Notes: a model not told the origin generated them from the letters alone. A stretch of DNA of 64,000 nucleotides from an uncultured Clostridia bacterium (GCA_944386325.1 CALXAP010000001.1:38610-102609), one strand, 5' to 3'; counted from the first letter of the stretch, positions 8,807 to 18,912 are shown. Program-made: numbers and translations.

Positions 8807-9460
8807 ATGGAGACCAATATGCAAATAAAAGTGAATTTACAAATATTTATATTTATAATAATATTTTTATTAACAAATCAAATATTATTATATGCTATAT
8901 TAATGCTATTTGCATTTATACATGAAATTGGACATTTATTAGCAGGACTTATACTAAAGTTAAAGCCAAAGCTTATAAGAATAACACCATTTGGTTTGTC
9001 AATTACATTTGAAGGATATGGAGAAAAAGTACATAATAATATTAATAAAAAAAGATTACTTATTGCTTTAGCAGGTCCATTAATTAATATCATATTAGTT
9101 TGTGTGTTTATGCTTATACCAAATTGGAATTTTATAGTAAGCAGAGAAATTTTAGTATATTCTAATTTACTTATTGCTTTATTTAATCTATTACCAATTT
9201 ATCCATTAGATGGAGGAAGAATATTAGAAAATGTATTAAAATATAAAATGAGTAATATTAAATCAATTGAAATTACAAATAAAGTATCTAATTTATTAGC
9301 GATTTTACTTACTATTTTAGGCAGTTTATTTGTATTTTATATTAAGAATATAGCTGTATTTTTTGTTATTTTATATTTATGGTATTTGATTATTAAAGAA
9401 AATGAAAGGTTTAGATTATTAAAAAAAGCATATGATGTAGTGTTACAGTTTAGAATTTAA
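8807..9460 (+). CDS. M50 family site-2 protease (SpoIVFB-like intramembrane metalloprotease)
   Basis: 217 aa polytopic with HEIGH and a downstream LDGG motif, typical of the S2P/M50 family. Confidence 0.65.
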   Translation: METNMQIKVNLQIFIFIIIFLLTNQILLYAILMLFAFIHEIGHLLAGLILKLKPKLIRITPFGLSITFEGYGEKVHNNINKKRLLIALAGPLINIILVCVFMLIPNWNFIVSREILVYSNLLIALFNLLPIYPLDGGRILENVLKYKMSNIKSIEITNKVSNLLAILLTILGSLFVFYIKNIAVFFVILYLWYLIIKENERFRLLKKAYDVVLQFRI

Positions 9461-9501
9461 AATATGAATAGCTAAAATATATAAAAATCTAAAAGTAGTA
9501 G

Positions 9502-9520
9502 GGGCGAACAGTGTTCGCCC
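9502..9520. repeat. GC-rich hairpin GGGCGAACAGTGTTCGCCC (copy 2 of 3)
   Basis: Perfect 8-bp stem with 3-nt loop, 40 nt after the spoIVFB-like stop. Same sequence class at 3541-3560 (degenerate) and 45672-45690. Confidence 0.5.
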
Positions 9521-9675
9521 ACGCTACATAGGCGTTTCTTAAAAAATTGAATATATAAATATTAGCTATAAATAGTAAAGAATTGTAACAATGTAATAGA
9601 AAATAAATATAATATGTGTTGAAAATTAATAAAATTAATAGTAAACTAAAGAAAATAGTTGGAGGTTGATTACAT

Positions 9676-10077
9676 ATGAAGAAAGATAAAAAATTGCTAA
9701 TAGCACTTATAATAGCCGTGGTTATTATAATAGTGGGGATATTTGTATACAAAGGAGTAAATAAAGCTAGATTAGATAATTTTTATAATGATTTAAAAAT
9801 GTTAGGAGAAAAAGTTTCATATTATTATGATGAATATGGAGGTATTCCTGTAAAAGAAGAATATGTTGGTTCAGAAAATTTTAAAGTTCAAAAAAATGAG
9901 AAAGATAGTGATACTTATTATATTATTGATATTAATTCTTTGGAGGATTTGAATTTAAAAAAAGAAGTTACAGGAGAAGCGGAAGATGTATATATTATAA
10001 ATGATATTTCACATACTATTTATTATGCGAAGGGAATAAGTATAGAAGGAAAAATATATTATACATTACCTAGGTAA
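9676..10077 (+). CDS. hypothetical N-terminally membrane-anchored protein
   Basis: 133 aa with one N-terminal TM (LLIALIIAVVIIIVGIFVY), Tyr-rich ectodomain, RBS GGAGG. Confidence 0.5.
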   Translation: MKKDKKLLIALIIAVVIIIVGIFVYKGVNKARLDNFYNDLKMLGEKVSYYYDEYGGIPVKEEYVGSENFKVQKNEKDSDTYYIIDINSLEDLNLKKEVTGEAEDVYIINDISHTIYYAKGISIEGKIYYTLPR

Positions 10078-10171
10078 TATTATATGTATCCAATTTGCTT
10101 AAAAATTGTATTTTAGTTAGTTTATTACTAGCTAAAATTATTTATTAATTTTTATAAAATAGGAGTAAAAA

Positions 10172-10763
10172 ATGTGTAATAAAAGTAATTTTTATGAGAA
10201 ATCCAAGATGTTTAATAGACCATCTGTATTATTAAGAGGCTTTTTTAACATGAAATTAAATGAAAAATTAAAAGATAAAACTGCAATTGATTTTGGTTGT
10301 GGAGTTGGTAATGATACACAGTTTTTAATTGAAAATGGTTTTTATGTGACATGTGTTGATAAAAGCAATAAGGCAAAGGAACTACTTTATGAAAAATTAC
10401 AAAATTATGATAAGTATCAGTTTTTAAATGAAGATTTTATAAATGTAAATCTACCAAAAGTAAATTTGTTTTATACATGTTTAAGTTTACAATTTATTAA
10501 TAAAAAAGATATAGATGCTGTTATGAAAAAAATAAATGAAAGTATAAATGAAGGAGGCTTTTTCGTACGGAAATTTTTTAGGAGAAGATGATGATTGGAA
10601 AAACAATAAAGATATGAGCTTTTGGACAAAAGATAAAATAATGGAATTTTTTAAAGATTATAAAATTTTTTATTATGCGGAAAAGAAATATATAAAAGAT
10701 AGTTCTGAGCAGAAAGATAAAAATTGGCATGTATTTGAAGTATATGCTCAAAAGGGAAATTAA
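10172..10763 (+). pseudogene. class I SAM-dependent methyltransferase, interrupted by +1 frameshift near 10568
   Basis: Motif I DFGCGVGND. The reading frame switches between track ORFs 10172-10591 and 10548-10763. Removing the C at 10568 (gtaCggaaat) restores a continuous ...INEGGFFVGNFLGEDDDW... protein. Confidence 0.6.
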
Positions 10764-10837
10764 AATTAAAAATACTTGAGTGTATAAATAGAATCTGATA
10801 AAATTAATATAATAAGAGTGACATCAAGTTTTCTGCA

Positions 10838-10951
10838 ATAAATGTTTTTCGCTAACTGGTGTGCGAACCATAAAAAGACCAGTTCATAAATGTTTTTCGT
10901 TAACTGGTGTGCGAACTATAAAAAGACCAGTTTATAAATATTTAAAAGACC
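10838..10951. repeat. 48-bp tandem direct repeat (2.4 copies), each unit with internal hairpin AACTGGT...ACCAGTT
   Basis: Units 10838-10885 and 10886-10933 differ at 4 positions. Partial third unit follows, then hairpin GACCTTGC...GCAAGGTC at 10947-10972. Confidence 0.6.
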
Positions 10952-11069
10952 TTGCTTTTTTTAAGGCAAGGTCATTATTTTATTTATTAATATAAATTTT
11001 AATATAGTAATTGACTAAATAACAAAAACATGATATATTAACATAAAATCGTTATTAGGAGTGAGAAAA

Positions 11070-11300
11070 ATGATTAAGAAAGAATACTGGATGAGATTAG
11101 TCAAACGGTTAAAATGTGACAACAAGAGAAATCTTGCTGCATTAGCTTTATTGATGTATCGAAGAGATAGGAAAGGTAAACGATTCTTGGAGGTGCAAGA
11201 CAAATATGTTGTGCAGATGAGAAAGTATCGTAAAAATGAAGGTATTTTTCTTGATTTTCGGTGTTCATATAAAGATGGATACCGAAGGATTTTCTGGTGA
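11070..11300 (+). CDS. hypothetical basic small protein (76 aa) ending ...SYKDGYRRIFW; CGG codons
   Basis: RBS AGGAG 8 nt upstream of ATG 11070. C-terminal motif matches YRDGYRY of the 3728 gene. Two CGG Arg codons. Confidence 0.5.
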   Translation: MIKKEYWMRLVKRLKCDNKRNLAALALLMYRRDRKGKRFLEVQDKYVVQMRKYRKNEGIFLDFRCSYKDGYRRIFW

Positions 11301-11423
11301 ATAGATTAAATAATCTAAAAATATATTATGTAAAATTTATTTAGGTATTGACAAATATAAATTTACATAATATAATAATTAAGTGTTAATTTTTATAGCT
11401 TTTTCATGACAATGGAGGAATAC

Positions 11424-11666
11424 ATGATGATGGAAAGAGAAAATCAAACAAAAATTTTTGAAGAGATGAAAGCAAAAGCAAAAGCATTAAATAAATTAAT
11501 GCTAATTATTGAAATTTCCCAAATGGAAAGAGCATTTCTAGAAAAGGGAGAGGAAACGTATTTGTTTGATTTATGCAATTTTCCAGATTTACTGGAAGTA
11601 ACGAAAGTCGGTTTCTTACAGTATAATTATTATGACAGAAATTATACTTGTATAAAACTGGCGTAA
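11424..11666 (+). CDS. hypothetical small acidic protein
   Basis: ORF with GGAGG RBS. Start ambiguous among three consecutive ATGs. Followed by a perfect terminator hairpin. Confidence 0.4.
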   Translation: MMMERENQTKIFEEMKAKAKALNKLMLIIEISQMERAFLEKGEETYLFDLCNFPDLLEVTKVGFLQYNYYDRNYTCIKLA

Positions 11667-11667
11667 T

Positions 11668-11706
11668 AGCAAAAAATATCACTTGCATTGCAAGTGATAT
11701 TTTTTG
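11668..11706. terminator. bidirectional rho-independent terminator (ATATCACTTGCA-TT-GCAAGTGATAT)
   Basis: Perfect 12-bp stem flanked by an A-run and a T-run. Serves the convergent 11424 gene and nrdD. Confidence 0.65.
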
Positions 11707-11722
11707 TTATTATTAAATATAA

Positions 11723-14068
11723 TTAAAATTTATTAGGAATTCTATCTTTTAATTCTGAAATTTTAGGACTACACCATCTATTAGTATTTCCAACCAAATA
11801 TGAAGTAATTTTTCTTATTCTTTCAAAAGGTATATCGCCTTCGGTTCTACCACAACCAGGACAAATTTTATCTATATTACCAACATAACCACATACTGGA
11901 TCTCTGTCTATACCATGATTTATGGAACCATAACCAATATTAGCCTCTTTCATTATTCTTATTAATTTTTCAAAAGATTCTACATTATCTATATTATCTT
12001 CATCTAATTCAATATAACTAAAATGACCACCATTAGTAAGTTCATGATATGGTGCTTCTAGATTTATTTTATCAACAGCAGATATATTATAATATACAGG
12101 AACATGAAAAGAATTAGTGTAGTAATCTCTGTCTGTAATTCCAGGTAGTATACCAAAAATAGTTTTATCTATACTTGTAAATCTTCCAGATAAATTTTCA
12201 GCAGGGGTAGCAATTAGGGTAAAATTTAAATTATATTTTTTAGAAAATTCATCTGTTTTATTTCTCATAAAAGTTATTATTTTAATTCCTAATTCTTGTG
12301 CTTCATTACTCTCTCCATGATGTTTACCAATAAGAGCTTTTAGGCATTCTGCAAGTCCAATAAAGCCTATACTTAAAGTTCCTTGTTTTAAAACTTTCCT
12401 AATTTTATCATCTGATTTAATTTTTTCACTATCAATCCATACAGAATTACCTATTAAGAATGGAAAGTTATATGCGTGTTTGTTTGATTGTATTTCAAAT
12501 CTTTCAATTAGTTGATTTTTTACTAAGTCCATTTTTGAATTTAAATCATTGAAAAAACCATCTATATCAGGTGAAGTGTTAGTTATTATACCATGTTTAA
12601 TACCTAGTCTTGGGAGATTAATACTAGTAAAAGATAAATTTCCTCTACCACTAACTATTTCTTTATCATCTGATACAAAATTATCTATTACACGTGTACC
12701 ACAACCAACATAGGCTATTTCTGTATTTATATTATCTTTATCATAGTATTTTTTATTAAAATCTGAATCAATAAAGCAAAAGTTAGGAAATAATTTTTCA
12801 GAAGAAACTTGGCATGCTAGTTTAAACAAATCATAATTAGGGTCATTTTCATTATAATTTATTCCTTCTTTTACTTTAAAAATAGAAACAGGGTATATAG
12901 CAGGCTCCCCTTTACCCAAACCATTTTGTGTTGCAAGTAAAAAGTTTTTAGTTATTAAACGACCTTCAGGAGATGTGTCTGTTCCAAAATTAACAGTGGA
13001 AAATGGAACTTGTGCACCTGCTCTTGAATGCATTGTATTTAAATTATATATAAAGCTTTCCATAGCTTGATATGTTAATTTATTAGTTTTATCTAATGCA
13101 GATTTATATGCATATCTAAATAATCTTTCAACTTCTTCAGATTCTCTTGAAAACTTATAAAATATACTAATATCAAAATTTATAGAATTTAGTTTTGTTA
13201 TTTCACGTTCTATACTATTTATAGCAACAAATTTTTCAAAATTGCTAAATGATAGTAAGTCATATAAAACATTTCTAAATTGTTTCTTAAATGTTTTTAA
13301 TACTCCAGGAGCCATGTAAAAATCAAAATAAGGTATACTTTGACCTCCATGTTGGTCATTTTGATTTAATTGTATAATTATAGCAGCAATTGAACTATAT
13401 GAACTTATATCTTGAGGTTCTCTAAGAAAACCATAATTAGTATAAAAACCATTATTAAAAAGTTTATTTAAATCTATCTGACATGTTGTTGTCGTTCCCA
13501 TAGGCATGTAATCTAAATCATGTATATGAATATCTCCACTGTCATGTGCATCTGCATAATCTTTTTTCATAAGGTATGCTTTAGAGAATTCTCTAGAAAC
13601 TGTACTACCAAATTCATATAGTGTTCCCATAGAACAATTTATATTCATATTTGATTCTACCTTACGTTCAAAATCATCTGAAGTAGATTTTAATCCTAAA
13701 TTTTCAAGTGATTTTAAGAATTTATGTAGTTTTTTCTCATCTATAAATGATTCTCTTGATTGAGCCCTTGTTAATCTATATTTTGAAAAAGATTCATATA
13801 CATCTAGATAACCATTATTTATAAGTTCTTGCTCAATAATATCTTGTATTTCTTCAATTTTTATTCTATCTTGTTTTAGTTTAGAAATTCTATCTATTAC
13901 ACAGTTATATATGGCGTTGCTGTCTTTTGGTGAGTATTTTGGTGGGTTTGTAGTAGAATGTTCTAAATTTATACTGTCGAAACCTTTTTTTATTGCCATT
14001 GCAATTTTTGTACCATCAAATTCGACTTTTTTACCATTCCTTTTTATTACAGACATATTTATATTCAT
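11723..14068 (-). CDS. nrdD: anaerobic ribonucleoside-triphosphate reductase (class III RNR)
   Basis: About 781 aa with an N-terminal ATP-cone (VIKRNGKKVEFDGTKI). C-terminal Zn-ribbon CPGCG and glycyl-radical motif VCGYVG. Start taken at MNINM, since the upstream track ATG lies inside the GGAGG RBS. Confidence 0.85.
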   Translation of the reverse strand: MNINMSVIKRNGKKVEFDGTKIAMAIKKGFDSINLEHSTTNPPKYSPKDSNAIYNCVIDRISKLKQDRIKIEEIQDIIEQELINNGYLDVYESFSKYRLTRAQSRESFIDEKKLHKFLKSLENLGLKSTSDDFERKVESNMNINCSMGTLYEFGSTVSREFSKAYLMKKDYADAHDSGDIHIHDLDYMPMGTTTTCQIDLNKLFNNGFYTNYGFLREPQDISSYSSIAAIIIQLNQNDQHGGQSIPYFDFYMAPGVLKTFKKQFRNVLYDLLSFSNFEKFVAINSIEREITKLNSINFDISIFYKFSRESEEVERLFRYAYKSALDKTNKLTYQAMESFIYNLNTMHSRAGAQVPFSTVNFGTDTSPEGRLITKNFLLATQNGLGKGEPAIYPVSIFKVKEGINYNENDPNYDLFKLACQVSSEKLFPNFCFIDSDFNKKYYDKDNINTEIAYVGCGTRVIDNFVSDDKEIVSGRGNLSFTSINLPRLGIKHGIITNTSPDIDGFFNDLNSKMDLVKNQLIERFEIQSNKHAYNFPFLIGNSVWIDSEKIKSDDKIRKVLKQGTLSIGFIGLAECLKALIGKHHGESNEAQELGIKIITFMRNKTDEFSKKYNLNFTLIATPAENLSGRFTSIDKTIFGILPGITDRDYYTNSFHVPVYYNISAVDKINLEAPYHELTNGGHFSYIELDEDNIDNVESFEKLIRIMKEANIGYGSINHGIDRDPVCGYVGNIDKICPGCGRTEGDIPFERIRKITSYLVGNTNRWCSPKISELKDRIPNKF

Positions 14069-14240
14069 ATCAACCTCCATTTGAGCTGATCTTGCTCTAA
14101 TAAAAATTTATTAAATAATTTGTTTTCACACTATAACCTTTAATATATATTATTATATAAAAAATAATAAAGTCAAGAAAATACGCAAAAAGGTATACAT
14201 AAATAATAAAAATATGGTATAATATCAATGTTTAAGAGGG

Positions 14241-15788
14241 GTGATTAAAATTTTTTTGAAAAAAAACTGGAAATTTATTTTAGGATTGTTAGTAGCAGTA
14301 ATATCAATGCTTATTATTTGTATATATAAACTAAGCATTACTAAAGAAGATTTATCAAATATAGAATTAATTGGATTTGTTGTATCTGCTGTTGTTGTTA
14401 CATCAATAGTGATATGGTTATCTATACATATATATAAGAAAAAAGATTTGACACAGGAGAAAATATTTTTATATACAATACCAATTATTTGTATAATGTT
14501 TATGATATTTATGCCTATGTATAAAAGCCATGATGAACATGCACATTGGCATAGAATATATGAAATATCAACTGGAAATTTAACAACTAATGTTAATGAA
14601 AATGGTGATGTATATTCAATTTTACCTAAGAGTGTTGTTATTCCAGATTGGGAGTTTATGAATTATACAGAAGTATTAAATCAATTAGATGATAGAATAG
14701 ATAACAATGATACAACAAATGATGTATATATAATAACTTCTACGGTATATTCTCCAATACAATATGCTCATGAAGCTTTGGCAATTGCAATTGCTAGAAT
14801 ATTTATTAAGATTCCAATAGTATTAGCATATATTGGACGATTTGCAAATTTAATTGTTTGTTTAGTATTAATGTATTTTGCAATTAAGAAGATGCCATTT
14901 GGAAAGAATATATTGTTATGCATAGCATATATACCTATTCTTATTGAGGGGATATCTTCAATGTCTGGAGATGGACTTACTTTTGCTATTTCACTATTCT
15001 ATTTAGCTTATATATTAAATTTAACTTTTAATTCTAAAATTGAAAAAATACAATTAAAAGATAAAATAGCTTTATTAGTTACTTCTATAGTTGTTGCATC
15101 ATGTAAAATAGTATATTTACCTTTTATAGGACTTATGTTGTTACTACCAAAAGAGAAACTGGGAGGCAAAAAAGAGAAAATAAAGTTAATAGCAATTGTA
15201 TGGGGGGTAGCTGTTTTAACAAGTTTAATTTGGCTTGCATATTCAGGTAGATATTTAGGTGGACTTTCTGGATTGGCTGGTTCAGCTCCAAGTGTTCAAA
15301 TAATGAAATTTATATTTAATCCATTTGATTTTATACAAGCATTTTTATACAATTTAGAAATTAATGGTGGAAAATATTTAACTGAAATGTTTGGATCAGC
15401 AATTGGTTGGTTTGATTTTGTTAAACTAGTTTCTATTGCACCATATACTTTGTTTGTTATGTATATTGTAACATTATTATTTGATAATAGTGTAAAAAAT
15501 AAATTTAATTTATTCCAAAAGGTTATATTAACTTTAGTGATTTTAGCTGTAATTGCATTAATATTTGTAAGCTTATATATTCAATGGACTAAACCAGACA
15601 GTCAAGGAATTGATGGTATACAAGGAAGATACTTTATTCCATTATTACCAGCAGCAGGACTTTTAATTGGAAGTATAGTAAAAAATAAGAGTGAATATAA
15701 TGAAATAAATATGGCAAAGGGAATATCAATTATAGGATTAGTTATACATTTACAATTAATGCTAACTATTTATATATGTAATATATAA
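14241..15788 (+). CDS. polytopic membrane protein, possibly GT-C-like glycosyltransferase (DUF2142-like)
   Basis: About 515 aa with more than 10 hydrophobic helices. Family resemblance is from memory only. Start ambiguous: GTG 14241 sits inside the RBS and TTG 14256 is an alternative. Confidence 0.4.
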   Translation: MIKIFLKKNWKFILGLLVAVISMLIICIYKLSITKEDLSNIELIGFVVSAVVVTSIVIWLSIHIYKKKDLTQEKIFLYTIPIICIMFMIFMPMYKSHDEHAHWHRIYEISTGNLTTNVNENGDVYSILPKSVVIPDWEFMNYTEVLNQLDDRIDNNDTTNDVYIITSTVYSPIQYAHEALAIAIARIFIKIPIVLAYIGRFANLIVCLVLMYFAIKKMPFGKNILLCIAYIPILIEGISSMSGDGLTFAISLFYLAYILNLTFNSKIEKIQLKDKIALLVTSIVVASCKIVYLPFIGLMLLLPKEKLGGKKEKIKLIAIVWGVAVLTSLIWLAYSGRYLGGLSGLAGSAPSVQIMKFIFNPFDFIQAFLYNLEINGGKYLTEMFGSAIGWFDFVKLVSIAPYTLFVMYIVTLLFDNSVKNKFNLFQKVILTLVILAVIALIFVSLYIQWTKPDSQGIDGIQGRYFIPLLPAAGLLIGSIVKNKSEYNEINMAKGISIIGLVIHLQLMLTIYICNI

Positions 15789-15804
15789 GGAGAATAAAAT
15801 AGAT

Positions 15805-15850
15805 ATAATTTTTGAAAGCAGGATAAGAACTAGTACGTAAAAATACTAGT
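15805..15850. terminator. bidirectional terminator (AGCAGGATAAGAACTAGTA / TACTAGTTCTTATCCTGCT)
   Basis: Perfect 19-bp stem between convergent genes. Confidence 0.65.
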
Positions 15851-15852
15851 TC

Positions 15853-16116
15853 TTATCCTGCTTTATTGATTTTACTATATTTCATTTTTGTTGCCATTCC
15901 TCCTCTAATGTGTCTTTCGGCTTTATTTTCATTTAAAATATTTCGTACTTCAAGAGCTAAAGATTTATTTATTTTAAGCAGTCTTTTGCTTACATCCATA
16001 TGTACAGTTGATTTGGATATTCCAAATTTTTTAGCAGCTCCGCGAACTGTTTCTTTATTATCTATAATATAATGAGCCAGTTTCACTGCACGTTCTTCTA
16101 TTGATATTTTACGCAT
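15853..16116 (-). CDS. spoIIID: stage III sporulation transcriptional regulator SpoIIID
   Basis: 87 aa MRKISIEERAVKLAHYIIDNKETVRGAAKKFGISKSTVH...ERHIRGG. Strong match to the SpoIIID HTH family. RBS GGGGG 8 nt upstream. Confidence 0.8.
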   Translation of the reverse strand: MRKISIEERAVKLAHYIIDNKETVRGAAKKFGISKSTVHMDVSKRLLKINKSLALEVRNILNENKAERHIRGGMATKMKYSKINKAG

Positions 16117-16287
16117 ATTGAAAACCCCCATTTTGAATACTCTTGTTTAATTGTATTCTGTTTAAGGGATTAATATGTTAGATAATGAAAATAATATGAT
16201 TTATACTATAAAATATATGATTATTTAATTGACTTTTTAAATATGTTTACATATAATTAATTAAACAAATGAAGGAGATAATAAAAA

Positions 16288-17445
16288 ATGGCCAATTATG
16301 TATATAGAGCGGTATTAGAAAACTACAGTAAAGAAGAAGGAATAAAATGTAAAGAAAAAGATTCTGATAAATCTTTAAGTTATCATGTTAATTTTGGAAG
16401 TAAAAAGAATGTGAAAACAAAATATATATCTACTAGTAAAAAAATAGGAATTGCTGCATATAAATATGCAATAGGTAAAGTTAATGAAAACAGAATTAAA
16501 AGATCAAAAATAGTATTAATAGATTTAGATAAATTACCAAAAGAACAAAAATATTATGACTTAACAGATGAAACTGTATTAAAAGAACAAAAAATTAGTC
16601 GTATGTCGAAAAATTATTGTAAATCAGATGCAGAAGTTACAATAGAAGGAGATATAGGACCTGAATGTGTAAAAGAAATACCACCAATGTTAGTAGATAT
16701 TTTGTTTGCACTTGAAAGTTCTGGTAATGCAAATAAAATGTTCTATGATATGTTATTAGACAGAGTGGCTGAAGGCGATATGGAACTAGATAAAATAATT
16801 GAAAAATGTAAATTTAATAAATTAGAGCAAAATTTTATTAAATCATATTATACAGATATGAATAAATTAGAAGAAACGGCTAAACAAATATTGCCTGAGA
16901 TGTTGGATGAGAAAAAAGAATATAATAGAGAGTTTATAGCAAATTGTATAAGAACACAGATAATAAAAAATGTTGTAGCATCACAATTACATAGAGATTT
17001 AAAATATTATACAGGACCATTAGAAGGAAAATTACAATCTCATTATAGAACAGAGAAAGATAGATTAAAAAAAGATTGTCATTATTTTAATGATTATTTA
17101 TCAATAAAAGTAAATAATGAGGATATGATAAAACTTCCTGGTGGAGTAGAATATAGAATAAATAATAAAAATGAGGTTGATTTATTACAGGTACTAGAGG
17201 CACATTTAATTAAAGAAAACTATGAAAACCCTTCAATTGCAAGAGAAAGTGATAACGGATATAAATTATTTAATGGAATAAGAATAGAGTTAGATAAAAA
17301 AATAGAAAAAAATAATAAAGAAATAAGTTTAGATGAGATAAAGAGTACATTAAAAATAGGAAATGCAAAAGAAAGAAAAGAAGTAGATAATTATATTAGA
17401 AAACAAATGCAAAGACAGAGGCAAGAACACGAAAGAGGTGAATAA
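16288..17445 (+). CDS. hypothetical protein (385 aa), gene 1 of an unassigned four-gene island
   Basis: RBS GAAGGAG. N-terminal region has R7 ... ISTSK(48-50), a spacing loosely reminiscent of the R-S-E ADP-ribosyltransferase signature (speculative). Long charged helical C-terminal half. Confidence 0.55.
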   Translation: MANYVYRAVLENYSKEEGIKCKEKDSDKSLSYHVNFGSKKNVKTKYISTSKKIGIAAYKYAIGKVNENRIKRSKIVLIDLDKLPKEQKYYDLTDETVLKEQKISRMSKNYCKSDAEVTIEGDIGPECVKEIPPMLVDILFALESSGNANKMFYDMLLDRVAEGDMELDKIIEKCKFNKLEQNFIKSYYTDMNKLEETAKQILPEMLDEKKEYNREFIANCIRTQIIKNVVASQLHRDLKYYTGPLEGKLQSHYRTEKDRLKKDCHYFNDYLSIKVNNEDMIKLPGGVEYRINNKNEVDLLQVLEAHLIKENYENPSIARESDNGYKLFNGIRIELDKKIEKNNKEISLDEIKSTLKIGNAKERKEVDNYIRKQMQRQRQEHERGE

Positions 17446-17446
17446 A

Positions 17447-17893
17447 ATGAATAGATATACAAATGAAGATTATTGTAGAGCTTATTCAGAAGTTTTAGGA
17501 ATATTAAGATATATACCTAAAAAGGATTTAATAAAAATACCAAAAGATGAGATAAAGTTTCTTATAAAAAATATGGATAATAAACATAATTACAAATACA
17601 ATTTTAATAAACCATTTGAAGATCAAAAATTAATGAGATTAAGTAAAATAATTATATCAAATATTTATATAAAGTATTTAGCAAAAAATAAAGAAGAATT
17701 ATTAGAAAATGAAAGAAAAGAAATTCTGAAGTTAGAAGAAGAAAATAGAAAAATATATAACACAGATAATATATTTAGAAATAAGAATTTAGATATTGAA
17801 AAAGATGAAAATAATAGTTTGATTGTTATAGAAAAACAAGGATTTTTTAGGAAAATAATAGATAAAATTAGGAGATTGTTCAAGTTGACATAA
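17447..17893 (+). CDS. hypothetical protein (148 aa), translationally coupled to the 16288 gene
   Basis: ATG 17447 overlaps the upstream stop (GAGGTGAATAAAATG). Lys/Glu-rich helical protein. Confidence 0.5.
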   Translation: MNRYTNEDYCRAYSEVLGILRYIPKKDLIKIPKDEIKFLIKNMDNKHNYKYNFNKPFEDQKLMRLSKIIISNIYIKYLAKNKEELLENERKEILKLEEENRKIYNTDNIFRNKNLDIEKDENNSLIVIEKQGFFRKIIDKIRRLFKLT

Positions 17894-17913
17894 AAACCAA
17901 AATATGGTATAAT
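17885..17913 (+). promoter_or_regulatory. perfect consensus sigma-A promoter TTGACA-17-TATAAT
   Basis: TTGACA at 17885-17890 and TATAAT at 17908-17913, spacer exactly 17, about 55 nt upstream of gene 17970. Confidence 0.6.
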
Positions 17914-17969
17914 ATTTAAGTAAAAATTTTTATTAAAAAATTAATTGATTTTGAGGAGGAATCCGAAAG

Positions 17970-18263
17970 ATGAATATTAAAGAAATTATTTATGGTGACG
18001 AAGGTGTTTTAAATCGTTTTAGAAATGGAGATTATACCATTTCTAATGAGGAGAAAAGCACAATATTAGATTTTGCTAGAAAAGTAAATTCTGGTGTCAA
18101 AGAGGGAAATTTAAACCCTCAGGACTTTGCTCTTTACAGTGAGTTAATGTATTTTTTTATACATTATTCTGAAGAGGTTGATGGAGCAGAAGAACTTCTT
18201 GATGAGATTTATGGGGAAGTTCAAGATGGATTAGATTTTGATTACAATGAGGAGGATGAATAA
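17970..18263 (+). CDS. hypothetical small acidic protein (97 aa)
   Basis: RBS GAGGAGG. C-terminus DGLDFDYNEEDE is strongly acidic. The stop is followed 4 nt later by the next start. Confidence 0.55.
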   Translation: MNIKEIIYGDEGVLNRFRNGDYTISNEEKSTILDFARKVNSGVKEGNLNPQDFALYSELMYFFIHYSEEVDGAEELLDEIYGEVQDGLDFDYNEEDE

Positions 18264-18267
18264 TAAT

Positions 18268-18912
18268 ATGGCGACACGTCCATCATGGAGAATAGTAAAA
18301 ACGGATAACTTTATCAAAATTGTAAAAAATGACTTTGAATTTAAATTTAATCCAGGTTTTTCTGTTACTCAAAAACGGAAAAATGTAGTTGCTTTACACC
18401 AAGCAATTGGTGATAAAGCATTAGAGGTTTCAACTAAATCTGATCTGAAACTCGGAAGAATGTTAAGTGCATTCAATTTAAGAATCAACGGAATACCACT
18501 TGAGTGTGTATTCCAATCTGCTAAGGTTTATCAATATGGAGGACCTTATAAAGACCTCTTAAATGTGTCTCCAAAAGATGCTAAAAGAGATGAGCGTCAC
18601 AAGAGTTCAGGAAAATTAATCTACTTCGAATATGAAGGAAAAAGATTTCCTCTTGAACCAAAAACATTCTTTTATGACTTTATTTATATAAAGGCTGTAA
18701 AAGAGTGTATTCCTTTGGAGGAGGTAAAAGATATAGTTCAGTATTCGCATTTTTCGGATATTGAATTCAATCCTAAAAAATCAATTAACTGCCAAGCTAA
18801 AAGCGTTGCTATAATTAAAGCAATGCTGATGGTATTTGGCGAAGTTCCTCATATCAATGATATTGAGGAATTTAAAAAATTTTACAAAGTAATTCAGGCA
18901 GAAAATGCTTGA
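18268..18912 (+). CDS. hypothetical protein (214 aa)
   Basis: ATG 18268 with RBS GAGGAGG. No recognisable motif. Followed by terminator 18918-18951. Confidence 0.55.
   Translation: MATRPSWRIVKTDNFIKIVKNDFEFKFNPGFSVTQKRKNVVALHQAIGDKALEVSTKSDLKLGRMLSAFNLRINGIPLECVFQSAKVYQYGGPYKDLLNVSPKDAKRDERHKSSGKLIYFEYEGKRFPLEPKTFFYDFIYIKAVKECIPLEEVKDIVQYSHFSDIEFNPKKSINCQAKSVAIIKAMLMVFGEVPHINDIEEFKKFYKVIQAENA

Noticed and set aside
9489-9752. 87-aa minus-strand ORF
   Set aside because: No RBS. Overlaps the hairpin repeat and the start of the 9676 plus-strand gene. Hydrophobic AT-rich artefact.
10548-10763. Separate 71-aa gene call
   Set aside because: It is the C-terminal half of the frameshifted methyltransferase, not an independent gene.
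14081-14240. Possible NrdR box upstream of nrdD (CACACTATAACC)
   Set aside because: Only one half-site resembles the NrdR consensus. The second half does not match, so no call was made.
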